Shown piece by piece: positions 10,237 to 21,160 of a stretch of DNA of 64,000 nucleotides. Source of the stretch: Alphaproteobacteria bacterium (GTDB taxonomy: Bacteria > Pseudomonadota > Alphaproteobacteria > UBA828). Within the stretch, counting starts at the first letter, position 1; each line of letters opens with the position of its first letter. The notes beneath the pieces were generated by a model, which worked only from the letters and a program-made list of their open reading frames with translations, made no database searches and was not told the DNA's origin. Location of the stretch: assembly GCA_965237415.1 (NCBI GenBank), contig CBDEFM010000002.1, positions 928,001 to 992,000 on the forward strand, given 5' to 3'. The translations under genes were made by a program, and so were the position numbers.

Positions 10237-10310
10237 TGGCTGGGGCGCCAGGATTCGAACCTGGGATCACGGGACCAAAACCCGTTGCCTTGCCGCTTGG
10301 CTACGCCCCA
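10237..10310 (-). tRNA. tRNA-Gln(TTG)
   Basis: Reverse complement TGGGGCGTAGCCAAGCGG...TT-TTG-GT...GGTTCGAATCCTGGCGCCCCAGCCA. Confidence 0.96.
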
Positions 10311-10358
10311 GGCGGGGCGGCTTTTAGCACGGCGCGAAGCGGCGCGGAAGCGAGCGGC

Positions 10359-10829
10359 TCAGCCTAGTTCCTCGTGGAAGAAGCGCAGACGGTTGGCGGC
10401 GATGCGGCCGAAACGGATCGCCTGCCTGCGGCGGAGCCCCGTGGCCATGGGCTCAAGCGGCGCCTCCCGCCTGATCTCGGCGCCGAAACGGTCGGCAACG
10501 ATCGCGCCGACGCTTGCCGGCAACACGTCGAGCGGGAACTCGCTGCCCACGGCGAAGTAGAGCCTGTCGCAATGGCTGCGGTAGTCCTCCCACTTGGCAT
10601 CGGCGCGAAAATCGGCGAGCCCGCTCTTGATCTCGACGATGGTAAAGCGGCCCTTGCCGTCTTGCCCCAACACGTCCGCCCGCCGGCCCGAGCCGAGCGG
10701 CACCTCGACGAGAGGGCACACACCCATGGAGTCGAGCAGCCGGCAGACGCCGCGTGCCAGACCCTCGGCCCGGCCCTCCGCGACGCAGGGGCGCGCGAGG
10801 TCGAGAGCAAGCTGAGCCGTCGTAGCCAT
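10359..10829 (-). CDS. mmcB: MmcB family (DUF1052) DNA repair nuclease-like protein
   Basis: EVPLGSGRRADV, IVEIKS..DFRAD.KW..Y...CDRLYFAV. Confidence 0.88.
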   Translation of the reverse strand: MATTAQLALDLARPCVAEGRAEGLARGVCRLLDSMGVCPLVEVPLGSGRRADVLGQDGKGRFTIVEIKSGLADFRADAKWEDYRSHCDRLYFAVGSEFPLDVLPASVGAIVADRFGAEIRREAPLEPMATGLRRRQAIRFGRIAANRLRFFHEELG

Positions 10830-10918
10830 CGGAGTGGAGACGGAGACGGACATGAACATCACGGCCTCTGTTAACCCGATGTTCCCAGTTTAGTCCAATT
10901 CGCCCGCTTCTGCCCATC

Positions 10919-13316
10919 TCAGATGGTGCTGGGAAAAGCGAAGGGTTTCGGATTCAAGAAACTCCTGAGCACGTTTGAGGTGATGACGGCCACATGATTG
11001 TTGTAGCCGTTCCAGGCCATGCTCCCGGCCCACGCAATCGAGCCCGTCGAGAACACGGCGCCGCCGTTGGCGGTCTCGAAGAACACCATGTCGCTGCGGA
11101 TAATGTCTGCCTCGGTTCCACCCGGGCCCGGAACCGGATCGAGCATGTCTTCCGGCGTCATGAGATAGACATCGGTATATCGCTCCGACGACGCCAGAAC
11201 GAGCACGTGCTCGGGCGTGCCGAGCGCGTGATCGACCGCGTCAAGCTCCAGGCCTGCGGCGCCACCTCCGCTCAAGCCAAAATCGCCGATAATCTCGTCC
11301 TCCACGCCTTCGAAAACGAAGGCGGCCCTGGGATCCCGGCTGGCCTGCATACGACGATAGGGCGCGGAAATGTCGAAACCCTGCGAAACCATGCCGATCC
11401 CGACCAAGCGGTTGGGCGGCCGCCCGTTGCGGCGCCAAAGGCCCGTGTATTCGCCCGTGAAGCTCGCGAAGAATTCGCCGGGCAACGGCGAGAAAGCGCG
11501 AATGCCATCCTCGGATTTTCGGCACTCGATGACGCCGGGTAGCTCTGGATGGAACGAGATCCGCCAATAGAATCCATTCCCACCCAAATACATGAGCCGC
11601 CCGCCCCGATGGACGTAGGCTTCGAGCGCGTCAAGCATCGAGGCGCTGTGATACTCGGGATGAGAGCCGGTCAGCACGACCCGGTAGTCCTCGATCAGAG
11701 ACAATCCTTCGCGGTGCAGATCCTCATCGGTAATGACGTCGAAGCGTTCGCCGCAGTGTTCGAGCCAACCCAGGATGTGCGTATCGGCGTTGAACTGCCA
11801 TACGTTGGAACCGGCACCCCCCCAGGGCCCCAACGATCTTGGGCTGCATGTCGACGACGGGCCGCAAGCGCGAGCTGTAGAATACGCCCGACCCGTCGTT
11901 GTGAACGTCGTAGAAGCAAAGGCCGAGCTCCGGGTGCTCCTGCATGAACAGGTCATGTTTCTTATGCTCCAGGAGCCTCCCGACCACGATCTCCGCTTCC
12001 GGTACGTCCAATGCGATGCGGTTGTTGGCGTACGCCATGTAGCTTGCCGTCGGCAGCAGGAAGGCAGCGGACGCCGTCGGCCCCTCTCGCGGCGGAAGCA
12101 CCGCGAGAGGTACGTAGAACTCGTCCTCCGCCGCGTGAAGACGCACCGCGTACAAACCGCTGCGAATCCCGTTCGGAATCTCAAACGAAAAATCGGTGTC
12201 CCAGCCGGCGTCATAGAGATCGTCGTCATGAAAGTGGACGGCTGCGTAGCGTTCAGGCGTTTGAACCCAGCAGAACGCGTCCCCGCCTCCATTTTGTCCT
12301 GTCACGCCACGTGTCGGGAGGTTGACCAGGACGCCATGCAGGTGCCGGGGCGAGACATCGACCATGCGATCGGTGGAAATGCCAATCGAGAAGTCCCACG
12401 CGGCGACCAGATCCACGTCACGCGCGCTCCCGGACTGTGCATCCAACTTGGCGATCATGTCCTCGGGTTCTAGTCATCTGGCACTGACGTTGAGATCATT
12501 ATAGATTAGCAGTGCTGCCACACTAAGTCGCTCTATTGTCGAAGAAGTTAGTCGTTCAACATAGTTAGCTTTATGTGGCGAACTTCAGATTCAGGTGACT
12601 AGGACGGAAGCGTAAAGCGAAGGCCGTTCCAGCCGGCCGTTGAAGTGGCGTTCCGCCGATCGATCCATGGCCGGACGAGCGGCTACGGTCATCGGCGCCG
12701 CGACGTCTGAGGGAACAGCGGAACACCGTCCCTCACGGGTCACAATTGCTGCGTCTGCCGGCAGGGGATGCGGCGCGAGGCGGCGTTGCGTGACAATCAT
12801 CCGGCCGTCCTCGGCGCACAGGCTCGCCGCCACCAGATACCATCGTTGCGCAAGCAGCGGTTCCTCGGTCGACACCGAGGACGCCTCTGCACCGCCGAAA
12901 TCAACAGAAAATTCGAGGGCGCCAGCCTCGTTCAGAAAGAGTTCGAATCCTGCGCCCGTCAGGGGATCGCGTCGCGCGAGGACCGTCTGCGGCCCGTCAC
13001 CCGGCATTGTCGGCCAGATCGCCGCGAACACCGTGAATGTGGAAAGAGCTCGGAACGCCGCGTTGTCTTCGACAATGCCGTAGGAACCCGGATGAAGGGG
13101 CTGGAAACGTCCCTCGAAGGGACCTCCAAGGTCCAGATCGACAGCGTCTTCGCGATAGCCAGGACCCTGCGGATTGATATCTCCCTGAATGATGCGGACC
13201 AGTTCGGCTTCGTAGCGGTTCAGCCCCTCACAGCTCACCTTGATCTCGACCGCTTCGCCGGGTCTCCCGCTCAGCCGGTCGGCGTAGGCCAAAATCCTCA
13301 CTTTCGCATCCCCCAC
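10919..13316 (-). pseudogene. N,N-dimethylformamidase large subunit-like, interrupted by a MITE and a +1 frameshift at ~11820
   Basis: Three collinear pieces: LamG-like N-terminal part; IAK...TASYMAYAN...FYDVHNDGSG; and WQFNAD...GSHPEY...YLGGNGFYW...GGAVFSTGSI. Confidence 0.85.
12474..12598 (-). mobile_element. 125-bp MITE, copy 3 (diverged, inverted)
   Basis: CTAG at 12470-12473 and 12599-12602; same TIR. Excision restores the reading ...SV-LEPED-MIAK. Confidence 0.9.
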
Positions 13317-13405
13317 TGCTGCCCTGCGCTCCCAAGCATCACCCGTCTCCAACCGGTATCCCGCGGTTCATGCGGGATTGGCCCGCAAGTCCGCTGCATC
13401 GGGCG

Positions 13406-13723
13406 CTATAGCGACAGGGTCTCACCCGTGTGCGCCTCCCAACGCAGCTTGAACACCGTCTACTCCGCCTCCTTGAGACTATGAAACTGGTGGCCAGGAA
13501 CGATTTTGATGGGGTCCCCACGCTTGGCCGGCATCTTCCCGAGCCGCCAGCATTGAAAGGGCTCGTCAACCACCAGCACGTATTTTCCAGGCCCAGGTCC
13601 GCCGCGCATTGCGTTGAGAACCCGCTGCAACCCGGGGCTGTGAAACCAGTTGTCCGCGTCGAGATTGCGCTTGAATTCTGCGGCGTAAACCTTGTCTGCC
13701 TCGGTGATGCGGTATCGGTTCAT
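13406..13723 (-). pseudogene. DMFase small-subunit-like protein with an internal TAG
   Basis: HSPGLQRVLNAMRG...GKYVLV...PFQCWRL...EAE*TVFKLRWEAHTG; the stop at 13460-13462 sits where Trp is expected. Confidence 0.7.
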
Positions 13724-13862
13724 GGCTCCACGCTGACCACCGTGTTCGCACCCTGTCACGCATCGCCCCCTCGTTGAACGCCTTGTGGCCGCAACATGGG
13801 GGCGGACGCTATTCTCCCGTTTTGCCGCCCATGATACCGTGATTGCATGTTGGGCATGAGCC

Positions 13863-16685
13863 ATGAGCGACGTTGAACTCTCCTACCTCTCGGCAACGGA
13901 GGCGGCCGCTCTCATCCGCGACGGCTCGCTCTCGCCCGTCGCGTTGGTGACGAACGCGCTGGAGCGCATCGAGGAGGTCAACCCCACGCTCAACTGCTTC
14001 TGCTTCACCTACCCGTCGGAAGCCATCGAGCGGGCACGAGAGGCGGAGCGGGCGATTGCGGCGGGTGATGCTGTGGGCCCGCTGCATGGGGTGCCGATCG
14101 CCATCAAGGACCTCACGCCCACCAAGGGCAAGACCACGACCTTCGGCTCCTACGCCTACAAGGATTGGGTGCCCGACTACGACGCGCTCGTGGTGCAGCG
14201 AACCTGTCAACGACTTTGACACCGTCGTGCGATTTACGGCAGTCTCTCCTGTTGTGGATGTGTCAGGTGGATTGATCCAGACCGCTTTGGGAAGCGGCAG
14301 GGGTTTGGGGATGCCGCGAACGAAGCGCTCAGGATGATGGTTCCAGGCGGCGCGCAGGGTCTGTTCACGTTGTTGCAGCACGGTGTGGGCACGGCCGTGA
14401 TGGACGTCATCGGGGGTGAGCATGGCGATTCCGCCATGGCGGTGCTCGGTGTTGTACCAAGGGAAGAACGACTGGCAGAAGGCGATGGCGGCGTGGATAT
14501 CGTCGAATCGCCCAGGGAAGCCGACACTGGGCCTCGGAGAAGGGGTTGTGGGGAATCAGCACGTGTGACCGAGGTCGGCGAATCCGTGCGCCCCGCCGGA
14601 GTGCGGATCACACGCGATGCCCGGGAGGATCAGCGTTGCGGCGAGGGCGGAGTTCTCCCTCTCGCGACCATCCAGCCGACCACGTAGCGGCTGAAGATGT
14701 CGAGCAAGACGTAGAGGTAGAAGTAGGTCCAGCGTGTCGGTGCCAGCAGTCGAGTGATGTCCCAGGACCACGTCTGGTTCGGCGCGGTGGCCACCAGCTC
14801 GGGCTTGCTGTAGGGAGGATGTTCGAGCTGATTGCGCCGCTCTCGCACCGGCTGATTCGCGGCCAGGATCCGATACATCGTGCGCTCCGAGCACAGGTAC
14901 TGGCCTTCATCGAGTAGCGTGGCGACGACCTCGGCGGGCGCGCGGTCGACGAAGCGAGGGGAGGCGAGCACGTTGAGAACATGCTCGCGTTCGGACTCGC
15001 ACAGCGCCCGGGCGGGCGGCTGGTGCCCGGGAACCTTGTGACGACGGTAGAAGGTGGTCCGTGACACACCCAGCGCTCGGCAGCGGGCCACACCGACCGT
15101 GAGGGCCCTTGGGCCGCCATCAGCAGTCCGTCGCTGAGGTTGAATCCCTCAGCCCGCAACTTTTCCCTGGACATCCAGGATGGTATGCGCGGTGTGCAAC
15201 TCCTTCTCCAGCCGCGCCACTTTCGCCTCGAGCTCGCGCACCTTCGCGCTGAGCGGGTTATGCTCGGCAGGCTTGGCGCCGCGCTTGTTCGGGGTCAGGC
15301 CCCGCAACGAGCCTTGACGACGCGCTTTGCGCCAAGCCGACAGGTGGGAGGTGTACAACCCTTCCCGGCGAAGCAGCCGTCCGACCTCGCCGGGCTGCGT
15401 GCAGCGGTCGGCCTCCTCTAGGATTCGCAGTCACTCGGCGGTGAACTGGCGCCGCTTCGGCTTGGACCTCGGGGTCCGGCGCCGGCCTCGCGCCGCTCGC
15501 TCGGGCTCGCCGCTCCGATCCCCAGAGCCCGAGCGTCTCCTGGATTTGTGACCATCGGTTCTCATCTCCACCGCCCCACAGCAAGGGGTGCGTCTCATCG
15601 ATGTTGGCGCAGCGCCTGTGCGGTGCCGGCGCTATCATGGTGGGCAAGACGACGACGCCCGAGTTCGCTTTTTCCAGTCTCACCGACAGCCCGTTGTGGG
15701 GAATCACCCGCAATCCGTGGAACCCGGATCACACGCCGGGAGGATCGTCGGGCGGCTCCGCGGCCGCGGTGGTCGCCGGTTGTGTGCCGCTCGCGGAAGG
15801 CTCCGACGCCGGCGGCTCGGTGCGAATTCCGGCGTCCCACAGCGGCTGCGTGGGGCTGAAGCCGAGCTCCGGCCGGATCCCCTTCGAGTTCCTTCCGACC
15901 CAGTACGACTACATGTGCTGCCACGGTCCTCTCTCACGGACCGTGGCGGACGCCGCGATGTTCCTGGATTTGTGCCAGGGGCCGGACGAGCGCGACATCA
16001 ACACGCTCTCGCCGGCACTCTCGGTCGCCATTCCGCCGCCGCCCGATGTGCGCGGCATGCGCCTCGCCTTGTCGGTCGACCTCGCTACTACCGCATCGAC
16101 CCGGATGTCGAGGCGAACACCCGCGCAGCCGCCGCTGCCCTCGCTGAGGCGGGGGCGGAGATCGAGCCCGTCGAACTCGGCTGGTCCAGAGCCTTCAACG
16201 ACGCATGGTGGGCCTATTGGGCCGTGTTCGGGGCCACGCACTTCGGCCAGCATCTCGAGCGCTGGAAGGACAAGATGCACCCCTCCGTCGTCGCGTCGAT
16301 GGAGGAGGGCCACAAGATGAGCGCGGTCGATCTCATGAAGACCGAGACGGTCTACACCGAGGCCTGGAACGCGCTGCGTCCCATCCTCGAACGCTGCGAC
16401 GCTCTGCTGTGCCCGACCGAGTCCATCCCGGCGCCCACGGTCGACTACGACGAGCTCGGCTCCATGACCGACGACGCCGACGGCCGTCACCTGAGCATGG
16501 ACATGACCATGCAGTTCAACGCGCTCAAGCTGCCGGCGCTCTCGGTTCCTTCAGGATTCTCTTCGCAGGGGCTGCCCACGGGCCTGCAGATCGCGGGCCG
16601 CCGCTTCGATGACCTGACGGTGCTCCGCATCGGCGCCGCGCTCGAGGAGGCGCGCCCGTGGCGTCAACATCGCCCGACTCTGTGA
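13863..16685 (+). pseudogene. Amidase interrupted by an IS3-like remnant, plus a frameshift at ~16085
   Basis: GPLHGVPIAIKD...DALVVQR / LCGAGAIMVGKTTTPEF...GGSSGGS...GLPTGLQI, joined across 14201..15608. Confidence 0.87.
14201..15608 (-). mobile_element. Degenerate IS3-family element (orfA/orfB remnants)
   Basis: YTSHLSAWRK (orfA); PNQTWSWDIT...LDIFSRYVVGW, NPFSEAQ, WYNTEHRHGGI (orfB); flanked by a GCAGCG direct repeat (14195-14200, 15609-15614). Confidence 0.82.
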
Positions 16686-16773
16686 AGTACGGAGAATCGT
16701 GCGCGCCGCAACACAGCACACCACGCACATCTGCGTGAAACCACAGACCGGTAATCATGAAGGGGAGGCTTCC

Positions 16774-18363
16774 ATGATTCGATCTCTGTTGTGACCCATC
16801 GTCGTGACCGTAGCCGCCGCCGGCTTCGCGGGGGCCGTTTTCGCCTCGGACCATGCCCGGGCCGAGAGCACCTTTGTCTACGGGATGCCCGCCGATCACA
16901 GCATTCTCGATCCGCACGTGACCTGCGGCTGGATGGCCAAGATGGTGAACTACCAGATCTACGAGGCTCTGGTGGAAATCGATCTCCAAAGCGCCGACTG
17001 GCCGACAAAGCTCAAGGGGCAGCTCGCCGAGTCATGAGAGATCTCTGACGACGGCGTCGAGTACACGTTTCACCTGCGCAAGGGCGTGAATTTCCACGAT
17101 GGCACGCCCTTCAATGCCGATGCCGTCAAGTACAACTTCGACCGCTTCCTCAACAAGGACGCACCCCACTTCAACGAGACCGCCCACGCCTACATGGACT
17201 TCATCCGCTTCGTAGGCGACATCAAGTCCGTCGACGTCGTCGACGAGTTCACTGTCAAGATTACCCTCAACGGACCCAATTACGAGTTTCTCCGCACAGG
17301 GATGGAAGACTGCCCGCAGATGTATATCGTCAGCCCGACGGCGATCGAGACCTTTGGCAACGAGGGTATCCCTCTCAACCCCATCGGCACCGGTCCCTTC
17401 AAGTTTGTCGAGCGCGACCCGACCGTGAGCACGACCCTCGAGCGCAACGACGACTACTGGGGCGAGAACGCCAAAGTGGATCGTCTTATCTTCCGTATTC
17501 TGGAAGACCCTGCCACCCGGGTGAATGCACTGCTCGCTGGCGAGGTGCATGCCATCCAGGATCCGCCTTGGGACGAAATCGAGAGCATCGTCGAGGAAGG
17601 CTTCGTGGTGACCAAGAACGAGAATGCGCCGACGTTCTGGTACCTCTCCTTCAACATGAGAAACCCGGTGATGCAGGACGTGCGTATTCGCAAGGCGATC
17701 AACTATGCCATCAACAGAGACGCGATGGCCGAGCGGATTCTGCGCGGCTACGGAAAACCCGCCTACGGCATGTTGAACGCCGGCACCTATGCCTACGACC
17801 CGAACTTCGTGAGCTACTCCTATGATCCTGACAAGGCGCGAGAGCTCCTGGCGGAAGCCGGCCATGCCGACGGCCTGGATCTGGACTTCGATGTCATGAT
17901 CTACGGCACCGGCGAGCTCATGGAGAAGTGGATCCAGCGCGATCTGAAGAAGGTCGGAATCAACCTCGCTCTCAACAAGATGGAGTGGCTCGCCTACCTC
18001 GACAAGTGGGTTGCGGGCATGCCGGACGAGCTCCACATAAACGAGATTCTGTGGGGCGAGCAGGTGCCACGCTGGACCGCATTCAACTACCGCTGCGACC
18101 GGGTGCCGCCCCGTGGCAACAACATCGGATGGTATTGCAACGAAGAGATGGATGTCCTCTTCCAGCAGGCGCTGGAGACGGCCGATGAAAGTGAACGCGC
18201 CGCGCTCTATCAGCAGGCCGATTCCTGGATCATGCTCAACGATCCACCCAACGCGCCCATCTACCATTACTTCAACCCCATTGCGCTGCACCCGTCGGTC
18301 ACGGGGTTTGTCAACGCACCGGCCAACTGGTGGGATTTCTCCAGGGTCGAATTCAAGGAATAG
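16774..18363 (+). pseudogene. Peptide/nickel (family 5) ABC substrate-binding protein with two in-frame TGA stops (16792, 17035)
   Basis: [61 protein letters not shown]. Confidence 0.85.
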
Positions 18364-18408
18364 GGCAGATGTCCGCCTAACGTGAATCGGTGTGCGACCC
18401 GTTGCAAT

Positions 18409-18441
18409 GAAGCCCCCTCGTTGCGTGAACGAGGGGGCTTC
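18409..18441 (+). terminator. Stem-loop downstream of the SBP gene
   Basis: GAAGCCCCCTCGTT / AACGAGGGGGCTTC, 14-bp perfect stem followed by GCTTT. Confidence 0.7.
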
Positions 18442-18571
18442 GCTTTGTCTGCCGACCACTGTCTCGGCGGTCGCGCTCATCGGTAAGCGGACCAGTATGC
18501 TGCGCTGCGCCGCGCCGCACCTGCGATGGTGGCGGTGCCAACACCTCGATTCAGCGCGAGTCTGTAGGCCG

Positions 18572-19735
18572 ATGCTGCGCTTCATCATCGGTCGGGTCCT
18601 CCTCATCGTCCCGGTCCTGTTCGGGGTCTCCATCATCGTCTTCATGCTCGTTCAGCTCGCTCCCGGCGACGTGACCTCGACGTTGCTCGGGCCCATGGGC
18701 TCGGAGAACGCCAAGAAGGTGCTGAGGGCGGAGATGGGCCTCGACCGCCCCCTTCCGGTCCAATACGATAAGTGGCTGGCCGCCGTGGTGCAGGGCGATT
18801 TCGGCACGTCATGGGTTCACAAGCGCCCGGTGTCCGAAATCATCTTTCCGAAGTTCGTGAACACCGCGCTGCTTGCCGGCTCGGCCGCGATTCTCGCTTA
18901 CGTGCTCGGCTTCTCGTCCGGCCTGTTCGCCGCGGCCAAGTCGGGAACACTCTACGATCGGTCCATCACGGCGCTCGTACTCATCGCCGGTAGCATTCCG
19001 CTCTACTGGGGCGGGCTGGTGCTGGTTCTGCTTTTCTCTCTGACCTGGCGGTGGCTGCCGGCCACGGGGATGACGAAGATCGTCGTCGGCGGCGGCGTGC
19101 TCGACGTGCTCGAGCATCTTGTGCTCCCCGCGGTGGCCGCATCGCTTCCCTCGGCGGCGCTCATCTCGCGGATCACGCGCGCCACCATGATCGAAATCCT
19201 GAGCCAGAACTACATCCGCGTTGCACGCGCCAAGGGCCTGCGTCGCGCGATCATCCTGCGCAGACATGCGCTCCGAAACGCCTTGCCGCCCATCGTCACC
19301 GTGGGTGGCATGGAGCTCGGCTATCTTCTCGGCGGTGTCGTTCTCATCGAGGTGGTGTTCGCGTGGCCGGGTCTGGGCTTCGTGGTCTACAACGCGATTA
19401 TCGGGCGCGACCTGCCAACGGTTCAGGGAGCCGTGCTGATCCTGGCGCTTGCCTTCGTTCTCATCAATCTGACCGTTGACGTGCTGAACGCCTATCTGCA
19501 CCCCTACACACAAGCGTTGATACAGGCGATACCGGTGGCGCAGCCGGGCGCCAAGTCCGTGATCGAGATGGGCGCTCTCCAGGGCGACGTACCCAGCCCG
19601 ATCAACCCCCCACGGGGCTGCTCGTTCCACACGCGCTGTCCCCACGCCATGGAGCGCTGCCGGCAGGAGCAACCCCCTCTGCTCGGCGTGGGCTCCGGCC
19701 GCAAGGTTGCCTGCTTCCTGCACGACGCCTCTTGA
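18572..19735 (+). pseudogene. DppB-like permease fused in frame to the C-terminal tail of a DppF-like ATPase (deletion product)
   Basis: YIRVARAKGL, IEVVFAWPG, DLPTVQG, followed directly by HPYTQAL...PSPINPPRGCSFHTRCP...VACFL. Confidence 0.8.
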
Positions 19736-19766
19736 GTGCGAAATCGACGATCCCTGCATGCTCGGA

Positions 19767-21023
19767 TTATCGAGGGCCTGATGGCTCTCTATCGGGCGGC
19801 GGCCCGGAGGCCAGACGCCGACGCTGCACCATGAAGAAGACGTAGCCCAGCAACGCCATCGATCCCATCGCGAGGAACGCGAACCCCCAGGCGGTCGCCG
19901 CGCCCAACGGCGCGGCACGGTCGAGAACCACGCCCACCAGCGCCGGCGCGAACAGCGATCCGCCGAACCCCAGTGTCGAATGCACCGCAAGCGTTGCGCC
20001 GCGATGACCCACCGGGGACGAGGCGACGGCTCCCGCGGTCAGAGCCGCCGAATCGGCCTGGATGGCGGCCGCATAGACCAGGCAAAGGAACACCACCGCG
20101 GCGAAGGGCAGTGGCGAAGAAAAGCCGGTCACGGCGCTGAGCGCGAACGTCGCCAGCATCACCCATGTGATCAGGCGCGCGCGTCCGACGCGCAATGCCA
20201 GCTCCGCGCCGCCGATGCTCGAAACCACGGCGATGAGCGAGGTCAGGGTGGCGAAGAGCGTGGCGTCGAGTTCGAGGGCGCCGCCGCTGCCCAGGCAGAA
20301 TACGAGGAACGGCACGATCCAGGAGCGCATGGCGAACAGCTCGGCCCCGTGGCCGGCATAGGCAACGATGTAGCCCATCGTCTCCCGCGAGCGCAGAACC
20401 GGGCGGAAGTCCAGCACGTGCCTGCGCTCCTCGGCAGGCGCTTCCGGCGCCCGCGGTGCCACCAGCATCACGACGGCGACGACGCTGAGGACCGGTCCGG
20501 CGGCCGCGAACAGGAAAGCGCCGCGCCACCCGAACCACTCCAGCGCACCGCCCGCGAGCGCGTAGGAGACCGCAGTGCCTATGCTGAAGGAGGCCGTGTA
20601 GAAGGCCACCGCACGCGCCTGCCGTGCCTGCGACAGGCGGTCGGTGAGCACCTTGAGGCCCGGCATGTAGCATCCGGCGAGGCCGGCACCGGCCATTACG
20701 CGCCACGGCAACGCGGACCAGAATCCCGCCGCCAGGAAGGACATGCCGATCAAAGCCCCGGCGGAGAGCAGCGCGCCCAGAATGAAGACATGGCGGGCAT
20801 CGACCCGGTCGGTCATCGCGGTGAGGAAGGGGACCGCGAGGACGTAGCCGCCGAAAAACGCACCCGAGAGCCAGCCGGCCGTAGCGTTATTCATGTCCCA
20901 GGCCGGCTGAAGCACCGGCAGCAGCGACCAGTAGGTCGCAAAGCCGGTCATCGCGAACACTTCGGCCAGACACAGTGCGGCGATCAAGGCCCGAGGCCGC
21001 CGCAGTATGGCCTGCGCGATCAC
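19767..21023 (-). CDS. MFS transporter
   Basis: About 12 hydrophobic segments, TDRVDARHV motif A-like, AGCYMPGLK. Confidence 0.9.
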   Translation of the reverse strand: MIAQAILRRPRALIAALCLAEVFAMTGFATYWSLLPVLQPAWDMNNATAGWLSGAFFGGYVLAVPFLTAMTDRVDARHVFILGALLSAGALIGMSFLAAGFWSALPWRVMAGAGLAGCYMPGLKVLTDRLSQARQARAVAFYTASFSIGTAVSYALAGGALEWFGWRGAFLFAAAGPVLSVVAVVMLVAPRAPEAPAEERRHVLDFRPVLRSRETMGYIVAYAGHGAELFAMRSWIVPFLVFCLGSGGALELDATLFATLTSLIAVVSSIGGAELALRVGRARLITWVMLATFALSAVTGFSSPLPFAAVVFLCLVYAAAIQADSAALTAGAVASSPVGHRGATLAVHSTLGFGGSLFAPALVGVVLDRAAPLGAATAWGFAFLAMGSMALLGYVFFMVQRRRLASGPPPDREPSGPR

Positions 21024-21160
21024 GGCGCCCGGTCCGTCGTACCGCAGTGCGAAAGGGACATCGAGGGCGAGCCGCGGGGCCGGGCACACGCGGCGAAGCT
21101 CTGTGAGAGCCGGTCAATCGTCCACAGGCTGAGCCCCCGTTGCGAATTCCTGGCCGGCAC

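Noticed and set aside
16774-17037. TGA recoding (Trp or selenocysteine) in the SBP gene
   Set aside because: TGA is the normal stop of many intact genes here (tsf, rpsB, dnaE), TGG is used for Trp, and a TAG lesion also occurs nearby.
10237-19735. tRNA-Gln-anchored integrative island
   Set aside because: The cluster lies on the 5' side of the tRNA beyond mmcB; no integrase, and no duplicated tRNA 3' end seen by eye.
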